A stretch of 61,327 nt of DNA, filler included. It is 6 parts of 6 records of this genome, joined end to end, with 100 filler letters (N's around TTAATTAATTAA, not from the genome) between each part and the next. Parts side by side here need not be neighbours in the genome. Positions count along the whole stretch, not along the records: positions 12,877 to 26,091 come from SRR31156797_8890; positions 26,192 to 36,782 come from SRR31156797_8901; 4 more parts are not named here. One strand, given 5' to 3'. Each line of letters starts with the position of its first letter. The stretch's first letter is position 1. Below the pieces are notes generated by a model. The model searched no databases and was not told the DNA's origin. It saw only the letters and a list, made by a program, of their open reading frames with translations. Below, piece after piece: positions 19,067 to 30,267 of the stretch. The position numbers were made by a program, and so were the translations under genes.

Positions 19067-20328
19067 CAGCCGAGCCTCTTTCGGTCGTTCATTTCTCGAC
19101 GGCCGATGTAATCGGTGGATCCGCAAAATCGGCTTTTCGCATCCACAAAGGTCTGCAGACCCGGAACGTGCGATCCCGAATGCTGGTGGGGTTTCGCGCC
19201 GGGAACGATCCTGATGTCGATACCGTGTACGCGGGAACGGCCGGGCAATGGGCGGATCGCATCGCCAATCGCATTACCGGATCACTGGGTTATCAATATG
19301 CCTATCTGCCCTCGGGCCGCCGAATAGTCCGCCATCCCTGGGTCCGCGAGGCCGACGTCATTCAACTTTTCAACACGCATGGCGGGTATTTTTCAACAAG
19401 GCTCCTGACTGCCCTAAGCCGGCAGGCTCCCATCGTCTGGCGGCTTTCCGATCTGTGGCCGATGACCGGACATTGCGCCTATCCGGGGCCTTGCGAACGC
19501 TGGCGAACGGGGTGCGGCAATTGTCCCGATCTGGCCACCTATCCGGCGCTGTCGCGGGATACGACGGCTGCCCTTTTTCGTCAGAAGGAACAGGCATACC
19601 GGGGCACCCGGATCACTATCGTCGCGACGTCGAGTTGGACGGAAGAATGTGCGCGCCAAAGCCAACTTCTTGGTGGATTTCCAATCATCCGCATTCCAAA
19701 CGGCTTGGATGGCCGGGTCTTCCGGCCCATCGATCGGACCGAGGCCCGAACGGCTCTCGGTCTGGACCCGTCCAAACGGATCATTTTGTTTTCCGCGCAC
19801 ATACTGGATGACAATCCAAGAAAAGGCGGAAATCTGTTGATCGAGGCGCTTAACCAAGCGGGCCTGGATCCGGAAACGCTTCTGCTGCTCGTCGGCCAAG
19901 GTGGCGAATCCTGGATAAATCGGGTCTCCTGCGAATTGATGTGCCTGGGATTCCAGGACGCCCCCGGGCACCTGGCCCAGATTTATGCCGCGGCCGATGT
20001 GGTTGCCATCCCGTCGGTTGTCGAGAACCTGCCCAACGTTCTCATTGAAGCGCTTGCCTGTGGACGGCCCACCGTTGCCTGTGATGCCGGAGGAATGGCC
20101 GATGGCGTCCGCCATATGGAAACCGGATATCTTGCCCGGAGCGGTGATGTATTGGATATCGCCACAGGTTTGAAAAAACTGCTCAGCGATGAAGAACTTC
20201 GGACGAAGATGGGCCGGAAAGCCCGCGCTTTGTTCGAAAAGGAATTTGATGCGAATCTTGAAATTCGGCGCTTTCAGGACCTTTATTCGGAACTGACGCA
20301 GGACCGAAACCGCCTCGTACCATCCTGA
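19063..20328 (+). CDS. Glycosyltransferase family 4 (WcaC-like)
   Basis: [15 protein letters not shown]...[36 protein letters not shown] overlap with asnB. Confidence 0.9.
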   Translation: MTAEPLSVVHFSTADVIGGSAKSAFRIHKGLQTRNVRSRMLVGFRAGNDPDVDTVYAGTAGQWADRIANRITGSLGYQYAYLPSGRRIVRHPWVREADVIQLFNTHGGYFSTRLLTALSRQAPIVWRLSDLWPMTGHCAYPGPCERWRTGCGNCPDLATYPALSRDTTAALFRQKEQAYRGTRITIVATSSWTEECARQSQLLGGFPIIRIPNGLDGRVFRPIDRTEARTALGLDPSKRIILFSAHILDDNPRKGGNLLIEALNQAGLDPETLLLLVGQGGESWINRVSCELMCLGFQDAPGHLAQIYAAADVVAIPSVVENLPNVLIEALACGRPTVACDAGGMADGVRHMETGYLARSGDVLDIATGLKKLLSDEELRTKMGRKARALFEKEFDANLEIRRFQDLYSELTQDRNRLVPS

Positions 20329-20345
20329 ATCCGGGAGGAAAGTTA

Positions 20346-21431
20346 ATGAAACGCGCGCTCATCACCGGAATCACCGGTCAGGATGGTGCCTACTTGGCCG
20401 AATTCCTGTTGAAGAAGGAATACGAAGTCCACGGTATCAAGCGCCGGGCATCGTCGTTCAATACCGACCGGATCGATCACCTCTATCAGGATCCCCATGA
20501 AAGCAACCCGCGGTTCATCCTGCATTACGGCGACATGACGGACGCGACTAATCTGATACGCATCGTCCAGGAGGTTCAGCCGGACGAGATATACAATCTC
20601 GCCGCACAGAGCCACGTCCAAGTCAGCTTCGAAACACCGGAATACACGGCCAATGCCGATGCCTTGGGCACCTTGCGATTGCTCGAGGCGATCCGAATTC
20701 TGGGACTCGACGGAACGACGCGGTTCTATCAGGCTTCAACCTCCGAATTGTTCGGTAAAGTCGCGGAAACGCCGCAACGCGAAACCACGCCGTTCCATCC
20801 GCGCTCGCCTTACGGCGCCGCCAAGCTCTACGCCTATTGGATTACGGTGAACTACCGGGAGGCCTACGGCCTGTTCGCCTGCAATGGAATCCTCTTCAAC
20901 CACGAATCGCCGGTCCGCGGCGAAACCTTCGTCACCCGAAAAATTTCGCGCGCGTTGGCCCGCATCAAGCTTGGTCTGCAACAGAACTTTTTCCTCGGCA
21001 ATCTTGATGCCCGTCGCGATTGGGGCCATGCCCGCGACTATGTCGACGGCATGTGGCGGATGCTCCAGACTCCCGAACCTGAAGATTTCGTCCTGGCCAC
21101 CGGCGAGAACCATTCGGTCCGCTATTTCGTCGAAGCGGTAGCCCGGCACCTTGACATGGAGGTCGAGTGGCGGGGGAAAGGAATCGAGGAGGTCGGCATC
21201 AATGCCGCGACCGGCCATCAGATCATCGGTATCGACAAGCGCTATTACCGGCCGACCGAGGTCGATACCTTGTTGGGCGACTACACCAAGGCGCGTCAAA
21301 AACTTGATTGGAAGCCGACAACCCTGTTCACCGATCTGGCGGCGGAGATGGCAGCCCACGACCTAAAGCTGGCCGAACGCGACGCCACCATGACGAAAAA
21401 CGGGTTCGACGTGCTTTCCCATAACGAGTAG
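20346..21431 (+). CDS. gmd: GDP-mannose 4,6-dehydratase
   Basis: [56 protein letters not shown]. Confidence 0.98.
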   Translation: MKRALITGITGQDGAYLAEFLLKKEYEVHGIKRRASSFNTDRIDHLYQDPHESNPRFILHYGDMTDATNLIRIVQEVQPDEIYNLAAQSHVQVSFETPEYTANADALGTLRLLEAIRILGLDGTTRFYQASTSELFGKVAETPQRETTPFHPRSPYGAAKLYAYWITVNYREAYGLFACNGILFNHESPVRGETFVTRKISRALARIKLGLQQNFFLGNLDARRDWGHARDYVDGMWRMLQTPEPEDFVLATGENHSVRYFVEAVARHLDMEVEWRGKGIEEVGINAATGHQIIGIDKRYYRPTEVDTLLGDYTKARQKLDWKPTTLFTDLAAEMAAHDLKLAERDATMTKNGFDVLSHNE

Positions 21432-21441
21432 GCCCGACAAG

Positions 21442-22383
21442 ATGGAGAAAGACGGCAAAATATATGTCGCCGGCCATCGTGGCATGGCCGGAGCCGCAAT
21501 TGTCCGCCGGCTCCGGACCGGCGGGTTCGATCATCTGGTTTATCGGACCCACGACGAACTGGACCTGACCGATCAGGCCGCCGTCGGCGATTTTTTTAAA
21601 CAGGAGAAACCGGATTACGTTTTCCTGGCCGCCGCCAAGGTCGGCGGCATCCATGCCAATTCGACCTATCCGGCCGATTTCATTCTCGACAACCTGCAGA
21701 TACAGACGAACGTCATCGAGGCCGCGTGGCGCAACGGTACGAAGAAGCTGATGTTCCTCGGTTCGTCCTGCATCTATCCCAGGCTGGCCCCGCAGCCCAT
21801 CCCCGAAGCCGCCCTGCTGACCGGCCCGCTGGAACCCACCAACGAGTGGTATGCCGTCGCCAAGATCGCCGGTGTCAAGCTTTGCCAAGCCTTGCGACGG
21901 CAACATGGATTCAACGCCATCAGCGTAATGCCGACCAATCTTTATGGCCCGGGCGACAACTTTCATCCCGAGAACTCCCATGTCCTGCCCGCATTGATCA
22001 GAAGGTTCGTCGAAGCCAAGGAAAACGGAGCACCGGAGGTCGTCATCTGGGGATCGGGACAGCCGTGCCGGGAATTCCTTCATGTCGACGATTTCGCTGA
22101 CGCCGCCGTTTTTTTAATGGAGAGATACGAAGACGAGGAAATCATCAACATCGGCACCGGCACGGACGTTACAATCCGTGAGCTTGCCAAATTGGTTGGC
22201 GACGCTATCGGGTATAAGGGCAATATCTCTTACAACTCGACAAAACCGGATGGTGTGCCCCGCAAGCTTCTGGATACAAGCCGGCTTAACACCCTGGGAT
22301 GGTCCCCCGAGATTTCCCTACGCGACGGCATTCTGGCCACCTGTGAATGGTTCCAACGGAACAGATCGGGTTTTCGCGGGTGA
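21442..22383 (+). CDS. fcl: GDP-L-fucose synthase
   Basis: [50 protein letters not shown]; follows gmd. Confidence 0.97.
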   Translation: MEKDGKIYVAGHRGMAGAAIVRRLRTGGFDHLVYRTHDELDLTDQAAVGDFFKQEKPDYVFLAAAKVGGIHANSTYPADFILDNLQIQTNVIEAAWRNGTKKLMFLGSSCIYPRLAPQPIPEAALLTGPLEPTNEWYAVAKIAGVKLCQALRRQHGFNAISVMPTNLYGPGDNFHPENSHVLPALIRRFVEAKENGAPEVVIWGSGQPCREFLHVDDFADAAVFLMERYEDEEIINIGTGTDVTIRELAKLVGDAIGYKGNISYNSTKPDGVPRKLLDTSRLNTLGWSPEISLRDGILATCEWFQRNRSGFRG

Positions 22384-23726
22384 CACCCCGTTCGCAAACG
22401 TTTTTCCAGGCAGATGCCGAAGCGAAGCGGTCTTCGGGCGACGAGCGGTTTCCGCGTGTATTGTTCATCACGCCCCACGCGTTCAACAAGACCACCGGAA
22501 CGGGGATCACGTTTACCAACCTGTTTGGTGGCTGGCCGAAGGACCGCATCGCTGTCGTCCACGACGACCCACTCCCGGTTTCAAGCGAGGTCTGCGACAG
22601 ATACTACCGACTTGGCGGCCGGGAAATTCGCAAGTTTGGGCGCCCAGTAGCGGTACAACCTGCCATTGACGGCGGCAAACCGCCCGGGAAATCGGTGTCG
22701 CATTTTGCCCCACTGATGTTTGCCAAATCCGTGGTTTTCGGCGACGGACTTCCCCAATCGGGGCATCTAACGCCGGAACTCGCAGAATGGATCGAGGCTT
22801 TCCGCCCGGACCTGATCTTCACCATTCTTGGAAGCATCGGCCTGATGGAATTGATCGGATTGATCCAGGAACGATATTCGCTGCCTTCGGTCGTCCATTT
22901 CATGGACGACTGGCCGTCGATTCAATTCCGCCGCGGCCTGCTGGCCCCTTTGCAGCGCCGCCGCATGGAAAAATTGGTGGCACACCTGATAAACCACGCG
23001 ACAGTCCGCCTGGGAATCTGCGAGGCCATGTGCGAGGCCTTCGAAGCGCGATACGGGGTTGCTTTCGAAGCCTTCCAGAACCCGGTGGACATAGACCGTT
23101 GGAGTGGATTGAAAAAGGATGCCGGTTCGGTAAACGATCCGGTCCGGGTGATCTACGCCGGGTCGGTGTTCCCCAATGCCCAACTTGAAAGTCTTGCCGA
23201 TTGCGCCGAAGCGGTAGCCCGACTCGCAAACGACGGGCAGCACATCCGCCTAGACATCCACAGTCCAGGCTTTCTGGCCGACTCTTATCGTTCGCAATTG
23301 GAGATCCACACAAGCGTGAGACTCCAAGATCCGTTAACCGACGACACAACGTTTTTCTCGACCCTGTCCGCTGCCGATATCCTACTAATGCCTAGCAATT
23401 TTGATGCTGAATCAGTTCGCTTCATCCGCTATTCGATGCCGACCCGAGTGCCCGCCTATCTTGCCTCGGGGACCCCAATTCTTGTTTACGGGGCCCCGGA
23501 TGTTGCACAGGTAAACTACGCCCGACAAGCGGGTTGGGGACTTACCATCGAGGACAGAGATGACGACGCCCTCGCCGAGGGAATGCTCCGTCTCATCAAG
23601 GATCAAGCACTTCGACAATCGATTTCAAGGAACGCCATATCGGCGGCTCGCACTAATCACGATATTTCAGGTGTCCGAACTCGTTTCCACAACCTCCTCC
23701 GCGAAACGGCAAATGTCGTTGTTTAA
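22380..23726 (+). CDS. Glycosyltransferase (GT-B, GT4-like)
   Basis: [47 protein letters not shown] overlap with fcl. Confidence 0.8.
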   Translation: MTPRSQTFFQADAEAKRSSGDERFPRVLFITPHAFNKTTGTGITFTNLFGGWPKDRIAVVHDDPLPVSSEVCDRYYRLGGREIRKFGRPVAVQPAIDGGKPPGKSVSHFAPLMFAKSVVFGDGLPQSGHLTPELAEWIEAFRPDLIFTILGSIGLMELIGLIQERYSLPSVVHFMDDWPSIQFRRGLLAPLQRRRMEKLVAHLINHATVRLGICEAMCEAFEARYGVAFEAFQNPVDIDRWSGLKKDAGSVNDPVRVIYAGSVFPNAQLESLADCAEAVARLANDGQHIRLDIHSPGFLADSYRSQLEIHTSVRLQDPLTDDTTFFSTLSAADILLMPSNFDAESVRFIRYSMPTRVPAYLASGTPILVYGAPDVAQVNYARQAGWGLTIEDRDDDALAEGMLRLIKDQALRQSISRNAISAARTNHDISGVRTRFHNLLRETANVVV

Positions 23727-23953
23727 ATGACGATCCGGACCTTCGGAGGGCAAAGGTACTTTTTTTGTGACTCGCATAGAACTTGTTAAACGGACGAGCG
23801 ATTAAAGAAAAAAATCCACGTATCGACGTCTCGGGATTTCGGTTCCGAGGAAAAAAAGTCACCACTCCCAAAAAATTCAAGAAATTCAAGACTGATCAAG
23901 ATGCATCAGGGCAACTGGTGCCTGACGTCATTGTCAAAAAGACTGAAAAGCGG

Positions 23954-24919
23954 ATGACCCGAGAGGCCGATCAACTCAAACCGCACGGACGCAGGCCGTG
24001 CCTGATCATCGCCTTCAAGGTTTTGATCTCCGTCATGTTACTTTCGCTGATCGTCGCAAAGATAGACTTTTCGAAAATGATCGAGACGATCAGCGCTGTT
24101 GATGCCTTCTATCCCTTCATAGCCGTTATTGTTCTCGTTGCTCAGACAGTCATTGTCACGTGGAGATGGTCATCGATTTCGCGGTTCTTCGATCTTAGGA
24201 TTCCGTTTTTTCCAGCGCTCAAGATTTCCTATATCGGTTTGCTGACGAACCAAGTATTGCCATCTTTTATCGCCGGCGACGCGCTTCGTATTTACTGGCT
24301 ACGAAAACAGGGCAACGCCCTTGACGCCGCCTTCCGCGTTACGATCATCGACCGCGTGACTGCAACGCTCGTGCTGGTTTTGATGCTGCTCGTCTGCATG
24401 CCCTACCTGCTTTCGTTTTCGAACAGTCCACCCCTATCAATGGGCCTTTGGACAATCGCACTTGGCGGTACATTTAGTTTGATCATCATATTTCTGTTCG
24501 ACCGTTTGCCAACGGGCCTCTATCGTTTCAAACCCATCCGCGAATTAGCGGCCATCTCGCGGGACGTCAGAAAACTGTCGGCATGGCATCGCCTGAGTTT
24601 CGTCGTCGCCCTGCAGGCGTTGTTCGGCCATTTGCTGACGGCGATTTATATTTATCTGCTGGCGATCGGAATGGGACTGCAGATCAGTCTCCTTCAGTGC
24701 CTCGCTCTGATGCCACCGGTCATCCTGATCTCCATGTTGCCGTTTTCGATCGCGGGATGGGGTGTCCGGGAGGGGTTGATGATCACGGGGATGGTCCTTT
24801 TCCAAATCCAACCCGAAGCCGCATTCGCCGTCTCTATACTATTTGGAATAGTAAGCCTGTTGCATAGCCTGCTTGGCTTGCCGGCATTGTTGTTTTCCGG
24901 CATGCGGACAAATGCCTGA
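23954..24919 (+). CDS. Lysylphosphatidylglycerol-synthase TM domain / flippase-like membrane protein
   Basis: WRW, IGLLTNQVLPSFIAGDALR, IIDR, LPFSIAGWGVREG. Start uncertain (ORF track 23783). Confidence 0.85.
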   Translation: MTREADQLKPHGRRPCLIIAFKVLISVMLLSLIVAKIDFSKMIETISAVDAFYPFIAVIVLVAQTVIVTWRWSSISRFFDLRIPFFPALKISYIGLLTNQVLPSFIAGDALRIYWLRKQGNALDAAFRVTIIDRVTATLVLVLMLLVCMPYLLSFSNSPPLSMGLWTIALGGTFSLIIIFLFDRLPTGLYRFKPIRELAAISRDVRKLSAWHRLSFVVALQALFGHLLTAIYIYLLAIGMGLQISLLQCLALMPPVILISMLPFSIAGWGVREGLMITGMVLFQIQPEAAFAVSILFGIVSLLHSLLGLPALLFSGMRTNA

Positions 24920-24981
24920 CAGGATCAACGCCCGAACATTGTTGCGATCCTACAAGGCTACTTCAGCGTTTTAGGTGTGCA

Positions 24982-26091
24982 CTATTCTCCCAGGAACTCT
25001 CGGATTTGAGCAGCTTGCGCCCCAATTTCTTCGATGGCCTGTACAATGGTGTCGCATTCAAATTCTTGCAAATTATTGTAGATCGGAAGTGAAATTACAC
25101 GCGAAGAAATGTAGTCCGTATTAGGAAGTACTTTTTCCAAGGTTTCTACATAACACGACATTCTGTGGCATGGGGTATCAAAGTATTTCCGCACTTCGAT
25201 ATTTTCCGCCTGTAATGCACAAACCATCTGATCCCTGTTCAACCCGAAAGTATTTTCATCAATAATTATTGGAAGATTAAACCACACCGGTATTTGATTG
25301 GATGGAACTTCGGGAAACAAAATTCCGCTTACTATTGAAAGTTTATTTAATAAATAGTCCGCTATATTAATTCTGTGCCGCGCCGATTTTTCAAATTTTT
25401 TTAGCTGCTCTATGCCAATTAACGCACAAATCTCCATCATTTTTGCGTTTTGTCCCGGCTCAAGACAATCGGCACTCATTTCTTGGCCAAAATTTCTAAG
25501 CGTTTTTGTGCGCTCAATAAAATCAGTATTTAGCGAAACAATGCACCCCCCCTCCATGGTCGAAAATGATTTTGTTGCATGAAAACTAAACATCTGGGCC
25601 AGCCCTTTGGCGCCGATTAATTCGCCATTCACGTGCGAACCAAAGGCTTGAGCAGAATCATAGAGCACCGGTACGCCATATCGCGCCCCAAGCTTTTCAA
25701 GTGCGGCGTAATCACAGGCAATTCCGTGCACATCAACTCCCAGGATGGCGACTGTTTTGTCGTTTATTAATTTTTCAACCTGATGCGAGCCAATTGTCAG
25801 TGACTTGCGATCTTCGAGATCGCAAAACACGGGGGTCGCCCCGCACCACGAGATTGCATGAGGTGTTCCCGCAAAGGTATAGGACGGGACAATTACTTCA
25901 CCGGATTTAATTCCGGCCGCGCGCAGCATGATCATAAGCGCGGCTTGCCCGTTATTGAACACGGCAACAGGTGCACCAAAAAAATCTTTCAGCCTGGCCT
26001 CAAATTCCTGGACGGCCTTTCCATTATTTGTCACGAGTCCCGAAGATAGTGCGGATGAAAACGGATTGATCAATCCGGACAGGTCGGGGAA
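24982..26091 (-). CDS. DegT/DnrJ/EryC1/StrS family sugar aminotransferase (5' end cut by gap)
   Basis: VIVPSYTFAGT, YDSAQAFGS, FSFHATKSFSTMEGG (PLP lysine), ISLPIY. Confidence 0.92.
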   Translation of the reverse strand, partial: FPDLSGLINPFSSALSSGLVTNNGKAVQEFEARLKDFFGAPVAVFNNGQAALMIMLRAAGIKSGEVIVPSYTFAGTPHAISWCGATPVFCDLEDRKSLTIGSHQVEKLINDKTVAILGVDVHGIACDYAALEKLGARYGVPVLYDSAQAFGSHVNGELIGAKGLAQMFSFHATKSFSTMEGGCIVSLNTDFIERTKTLRNFGQEMSADCLEPGQNAKMMEICALIGIEQLKKFEKSARHRINIADYLLNKLSIVSGILFPEVPSNQIPVWFNLPIIIDENTFGLNRDQMVCALQAENIEVRKYFDTPCHRMSCYVETLEKVLPNTDYISSRVISLPIYNNLQEFECDTIVQAIEEIGAQAAQIREFLGE

Positions 26092-26191
26092 NNNNNNNNN
26101 NNNNNNNNNNNNNNNNNNNNNNNNNNNNNNNNNNNTTAATTAATTAANNNNNNNNNNNNNNNNNNNNNNNNNNNNNNNNNNNNNNNNNNNN
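26092..26191. other. Artificial contig spacer
   Basis: N run with central TTAATTAATTAA. Confidence 0.99.
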
Positions 26192-26220
26192 TCGTGCTCT
26201 ACCAACTGAGCTATTTTCGC
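26192..26220 (-). tRNA. 5' fragment of a tRNA, most likely tRNA-Gly (anticodon lost in gap)
   Basis: Reverse complement GCGAAAATAGCTCAGTTGGTAGAGCACGA gives an acceptor 5' strand and D-arm typical of tRNA-Gly(GCC). Confidence 0.8.
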
Positions 26221-26231
26221 AAATGCGTGTG

Positions 26232-26239
26232 CAAAAATA
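26232..26239 (-). promoter_or_regulatory. Bacteroidota -7 promoter element for the tRNA
   Basis: TATTTTTG matches TAnnTTTG, 11 nt upstream of the tRNA. Confidence 0.55.
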
Positions 26240-26527
26240 TAAAATTTTCTTATTTCTCTACCTTTCTACTAAAAAAAAACAAGCCTAATTATTGTCCCGA
26301 TTAATAAGACCTCATATAAGTCACAGTAGATAAGTTAAAAGTCTTAAATAAAAACCCAATCAAATTAATTTGTCTTTTTTACGTTATTAACTAATTGCAA
26401 ATTAATTTTATTAATTTGCTTGCTCTTTAATTATTCGTGAACTAAATAATTAAAAGTACAATTTCAATAACTATTTGCTGTGTTTTGCGTAAACACACGA
26501 GAATTTTAAAATAAATCTGAAATCAAC

Positions 26528-27769
26528 ATGGCTAATATATTCAGCTCCTTATTTGGAAGTAAGTTTCCAAGCACTGAAAAGTATGAAAATGAAAACAAGC
26601 ACTTACGTGAGGATCTTGAAAAATATCATCAATTAGAAAACGCAGACCGCGTTAAACGCTATTTCGAATTAGATACCTTAGTTCATTCCGGAGAATTTGA
26701 AAAACAAGTGATCAAACTTAAAAAAGAACGTTTTAAGGATACTGAGGCTTTTCAGAAATACAAAAAGTATAAAGCTTATAAAAGGTCTTCCAATGTTAAG
26801 CGTTATAACAAATTAGTTAAGAAGGGTAAAACAGAGGAAGCTGAAGAGCTGGGTAACAGTAAGGAGATACAGAATTTTTTAAACCTACAAGCCTTTGTTG
26901 AATCTGCAGAATTTGCCAGTATTAAAAAGGAGATGAACGACAAAAATCGTTTCAAAAAATCCAAAGAATTTCAATTACAGGAAGAGTACAAAGCTTTATA
27001 TAAGAGTGAAGATATCATATGGTTTTTAAAAGCTAAAAAAGATAATCCGTTTAAAGATATTGATAAATGGAACCTAACTTTCGAAGACGACTTTAACGGT
27101 ACCCAACTTGACGAATCGAAATGGATTACCGGATATTACTGGGGTAAAGCCTTAATGAATGACACTTACGTTCAGGCTAACGAACATCAATTCTTTAAAA
27201 AAGAAAATATTGAATTAAGAGAAAGTTGTGCCAAAATCATTTCAAAGAATGAAAAATGCACAGGTAAAAAATGGGATCCTCAGTTAGGTTTTGTCCCAAC
27301 TGAATTTGATTTTACTTCAGGTTTAATTAGCACAGGACAAAGCTTTAGACAGCAATATGGTAAGTTTGAAGCTAAAATTAAGTATAGTCACGCTGCTCCG
27401 GCAGCACATGCGTTCTGGTTATTATCGGAACAGTTAACTCCCCAGGTAAATATTTTAAAAACACCTACTACTGGTAAAAATAAAATAGAGCTTGGAAATT
27501 TCTGGACAAAGGATGGTCAGTTAAAACAAAAAACAACAAATTATAAACTTCCAACTTCCAGTGATGACTTCTTAATTTACACGCTAGAATGGGCTAAGGA
27601 TAAAATGGAATGGAAAATTAATGGAGTAACAATTCATACAGAGACTGAAAATATTCCACAAACGCCAATGTATATTTCACTAAGTACACATTTTACTGAT
27701 TCACCAAATAGTAACAAATTACCGATTTCTATGGATATAGATTGGGTAAGATGTTATCAAATAAACTAA
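26528..27769 (+). CDS. GH16-fold protein with N-terminal Lys/Glu-rich helical region; catalytic motif degenerate
   Basis: WNLTFEDDFNGTQLDESKW, FTSGLIST, YGKFEAKIK, AFWLL, YTLEW, WKING, MDIDWVRCYQ. Confidence 0.85.
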   Translation: MANIFSSLFGSKFPSTEKYENENKHLREDLEKYHQLENADRVKRYFELDTLVHSGEFEKQVIKLKKERFKDTEAFQKYKKYKAYKRSSNVKRYNKLVKKGKTEEAEELGNSKEIQNFLNLQAFVESAEFASIKKEMNDKNRFKKSKEFQLQEEYKALYKSEDIIWFLKAKKDNPFKDIDKWNLTFEDDFNGTQLDESKWITGYYWGKALMNDTYVQANEHQFFKKENIELRESCAKIISKNEKCTGKKWDPQLGFVPTEFDFTSGLISTGQSFRQQYGKFEAKIKYSHAAPAAHAFWLLSEQLTPQVNILKTPTTGKNKIELGNFWTKDGQLKQKTTNYKLPTSSDDFLIYTLEWAKDKMEWKINGVTIHTETENIPQTPMYISLSTHFTDSPNSNKLPISMDIDWVRCYQIN

Positions 27770-27782
27770 TTTGAAAAATCAT

Positions 27783-27833
27783 AAAAAAATCCTAATTGCA
27801 TTGTTTATTCTAACAAGGTAATTAGGATTTTTT
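27783..27833. terminator. Bidirectional terminator between convergent GH16 and RSH genes
   Basis: AAAAAAATCCTAATT...AATTAGGATTTTT inverted repeat flanked by A and T tracts. Confidence 0.65.
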
Positions 27834-27851
27834 ATATCTACACTTCTCTTC

Positions 27852-30080
27852 CTACATTATAGAATCTATTCTGGAAACACTGTAGATTCCTTTTACATTC
27901 TTTATCTTTTTTATAAGAAGATCCAACATATTGGTATCATTTACAAAAACCGTAACACTACCTTCAAAGCTTCCTTCATTCGAATCAATGGATATAGATC
28001 TCATCTTCATCTTTAAATCTTTTGTTATAACCTGACTAATATTACTAACAATACCAATATCATCAGTACCGGTAACTTTAAGCGTAGCCTGAAAATTAGC
28101 TCCTGAACCGGATGTCCACATGGCATTAACAATTCTATAGCCAAATTTCGATCTCATTTCCGGTGCATTCGGACAGCTATTCCTGTGAATTTTTATCCCT
28201 CCTGTAGAAGCTACAAAACCAAATATTTCATCACCAAAAATAGGATTACAACATTTTGCCAGAGAATAGTCTACATTCTTCAGATTCTTGTCTATCATCA
28301 ACACATCATCTGAAGCAGTTAACTCCTGATCAACGTTAGCTACAAAATTAGTCGCACTTTTATGATGCGCTATTTCTTCCTGTTTTTCTTTGTCAACCTC
28401 TTTTTTATCCTGTGCCTGTATAAAATCCTTAACGGCTGAAATCTCCAAAGTACCAATAGCTATCTCTCGAAAGAACTCATTAATACTCTTGGATTTAAAA
28501 TGTTTAACCAACTGGTGTACCAGCTGATCTGTTAATTCAATTTTCCAGTTTTTTAATCGTCGAACTAATGTTTCCCTTCCAACTTCTGATTCCTTAAACT
28601 GGATATCTTTTAAAGCTTGTTTAACCTTTGATTTGGCACGCGAAGTAGCGACCACATTTAACCATTCTGCTCTTGGCTCCTGCGTTTTTGAAGTAATAAC
28701 CTCAATATGATCACCATTTTTGAGCACCTGTTTAATAGATGCATGCTTTCCATTTATTTTGGCTCCAATACACTGCTTCCCTACGCCCGAGTGTATATCA
28801 AAAGCAAAATCCAGAACAGTCGCACCTTTTGGCAAACGTCTTAAATCACCTTTAGGCGTAAAAACAAAAACCTCTTCATCGTAAAGATTCAGTTTAAAAT
28901 CATCGATAAAATCAATGGCATTTCTTTCAGGATTTTCAAGTACTTCCCTAATATTAGATAACCACTGATCCATTCCTTTCTCTCCTGATCCTCCCTTATA
29001 CTTCCAGTGAGCTGCCAAACCTTTCTCTGCCACCTCATTCATACGATGTGTACGAATTTGTACTTCCACCCATTTCTTTTCTGGTCCCAATACGGTCGTA
29101 TGCAGAGATTCATATCCATTCGATTTGGGAATCGATAGCCAATCTCTTAATCGCGAAGGATTAGGCTGGTACTTATCCGTTACAATTGAATAAACTTTCC
29201 AGCAATCAGCTTTTTCATTATTCAATTCACTATCCAAAATAACACGAATGGCAAACAAGTCATACACTTTTTCGAAAGGTGTATTTTGCTTTTTCATTTT
29301 ATTATGAATAGAATGAATGGTCTTTGTTCTTCCTTTTATATCGAACTTCAGCCCTGCTGCATTAAGCTCATCCTTTAATGGGTCTATAAAATCCTTGATG
29401 TATTTGTCGCGTGCTCGTTTTGTTTCATTTAACTTTTTAGCAATGAAATTATACATCTCTCTGTTTGTATATTTCATCACTCCATCTTCCATTTCACTTT
29501 TTATGGAATACAATCCTAAACGATGCGCCATTGGAGCATACAAATACCCCACCTCTGAAGCAATACTTTGCTGTCTTTCCTTATCATATAAATGAAGACT
29601 ACGCATTGTTTGGAGACGGTCTGCCAAAATGATTAAAATCACCCTAACATCCTGCGCCAACGTAAGTAAAAGTTTCCTGAAGTTTTCCGATTCTATAGAA
29701 GTATCCTTTGCATAGAGCTCCTTAACTTTTAGAAGGCCACCAACAATTTCTTCAACATTCTTTCCAAATACTTCAGCAGTTTCATGTTTTTCAACGTCAT
29801 CATGCTGAACTACATCATATAATAATGCACAAATTATTGAGGTACGCCCTAATCCTATTTCAGAAGCAACAATATTCGCGACTTCTAATGAATGTATGGC
29901 AGATAATTTACCAGATGGTCTACGGAACTCTTTTTTTCGTTCCAAAGCCATTTCAATAGCTTTTCGTACTTCCGTAATGTCCTCTGAACTAAGTATGTTT
30001 TTACTGGCTTTAAGCAGACTTCTATAATTTCTTCTAATCTCCAGTCTTTCTGCAGGATCTATATTAACCTGGTTCTCCAT
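27852..30080 (-). CDS. Long RelA/SpoT homologue (HD-SYNTH-TGS-ZFD-ACT)
   Basis: LADRLQTMR, APMAHRLG, GRTKTIHSI, DLFAIRVI, PKSNGYESLHTTV, EVQIRT, AAHWKYK, VFTPKG, AKCCNPIFGD. Confidence 0.95.
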   Translation of the reverse strand: MENQVNIDPAERLEIRRNYRSLLKASKNILSSEDITEVRKAIEMALERKKEFRRPSGKLSAIHSLEVANIVASEIGLGRTSIICALLYDVVQHDDVEKHETAEVFGKNVEEIVGGLLKVKELYAKDTSIESENFRKLLLTLAQDVRVILIILADRLQTMRSLHLYDKERQQSIASEVGYLYAPMAHRLGLYSIKSEMEDGVMKYTNREMYNFIAKKLNETKRARDKYIKDFIDPLKDELNAAGLKFDIKGRTKTIHSIHNKMKKQNTPFEKVYDLFAIRVILDSELNNEKADCWKVYSIVTDKYQPNPSRLRDWLSIPKSNGYESLHTTVLGPEKKWVEVQIRTHRMNEVAEKGLAAHWKYKGGSGEKGMDQWLSNIREVLENPERNAIDFIDDFKLNLYDEEVFVFTPKGDLRRLPKGATVLDFAFDIHSGVGKQCIGAKINGKHASIKQVLKNGDHIEVITSKTQEPRAEWLNVVATSRAKSKVKQALKDIQFKESEVGRETLVRRLKNWKIELTDQLVHQLVKHFKSKSINEFFREIAIGTLEISAVKDFIQAQDKKEVDKEKQEEIAHHKSATNFVANVDQELTASDDVLMIDKNLKNVDYSLAKCCNPIFGDEIFGFVASTGGIKIHRNSCPNAPEMRSKFGYRIVNAMWTSGSGANFQATLKVTGTDDIGIVSNISQVITKDLKMKMRSISIDSNEGSFEGSVTVFVNDTNMLDLLIKKIKNVKGIYSVSRIDSIM

Positions 30081-30267
30081 AAATATCCCTTTTTTTCCTA
30101 TACAAAAGAAAGCAGTCCTTTTTTATAAGTTAGCCCAAATTTAATGCTCCTGCTCCTTTATTCAAAACTATCTGTCAAAAGCTTTCTTTCTTTGGTTGAC
30201 ATTTATATCTGATTTTGCTAAATTGAAAAGACAATTATATTTATAAACTGTTTAAAAATTAGGAGTT

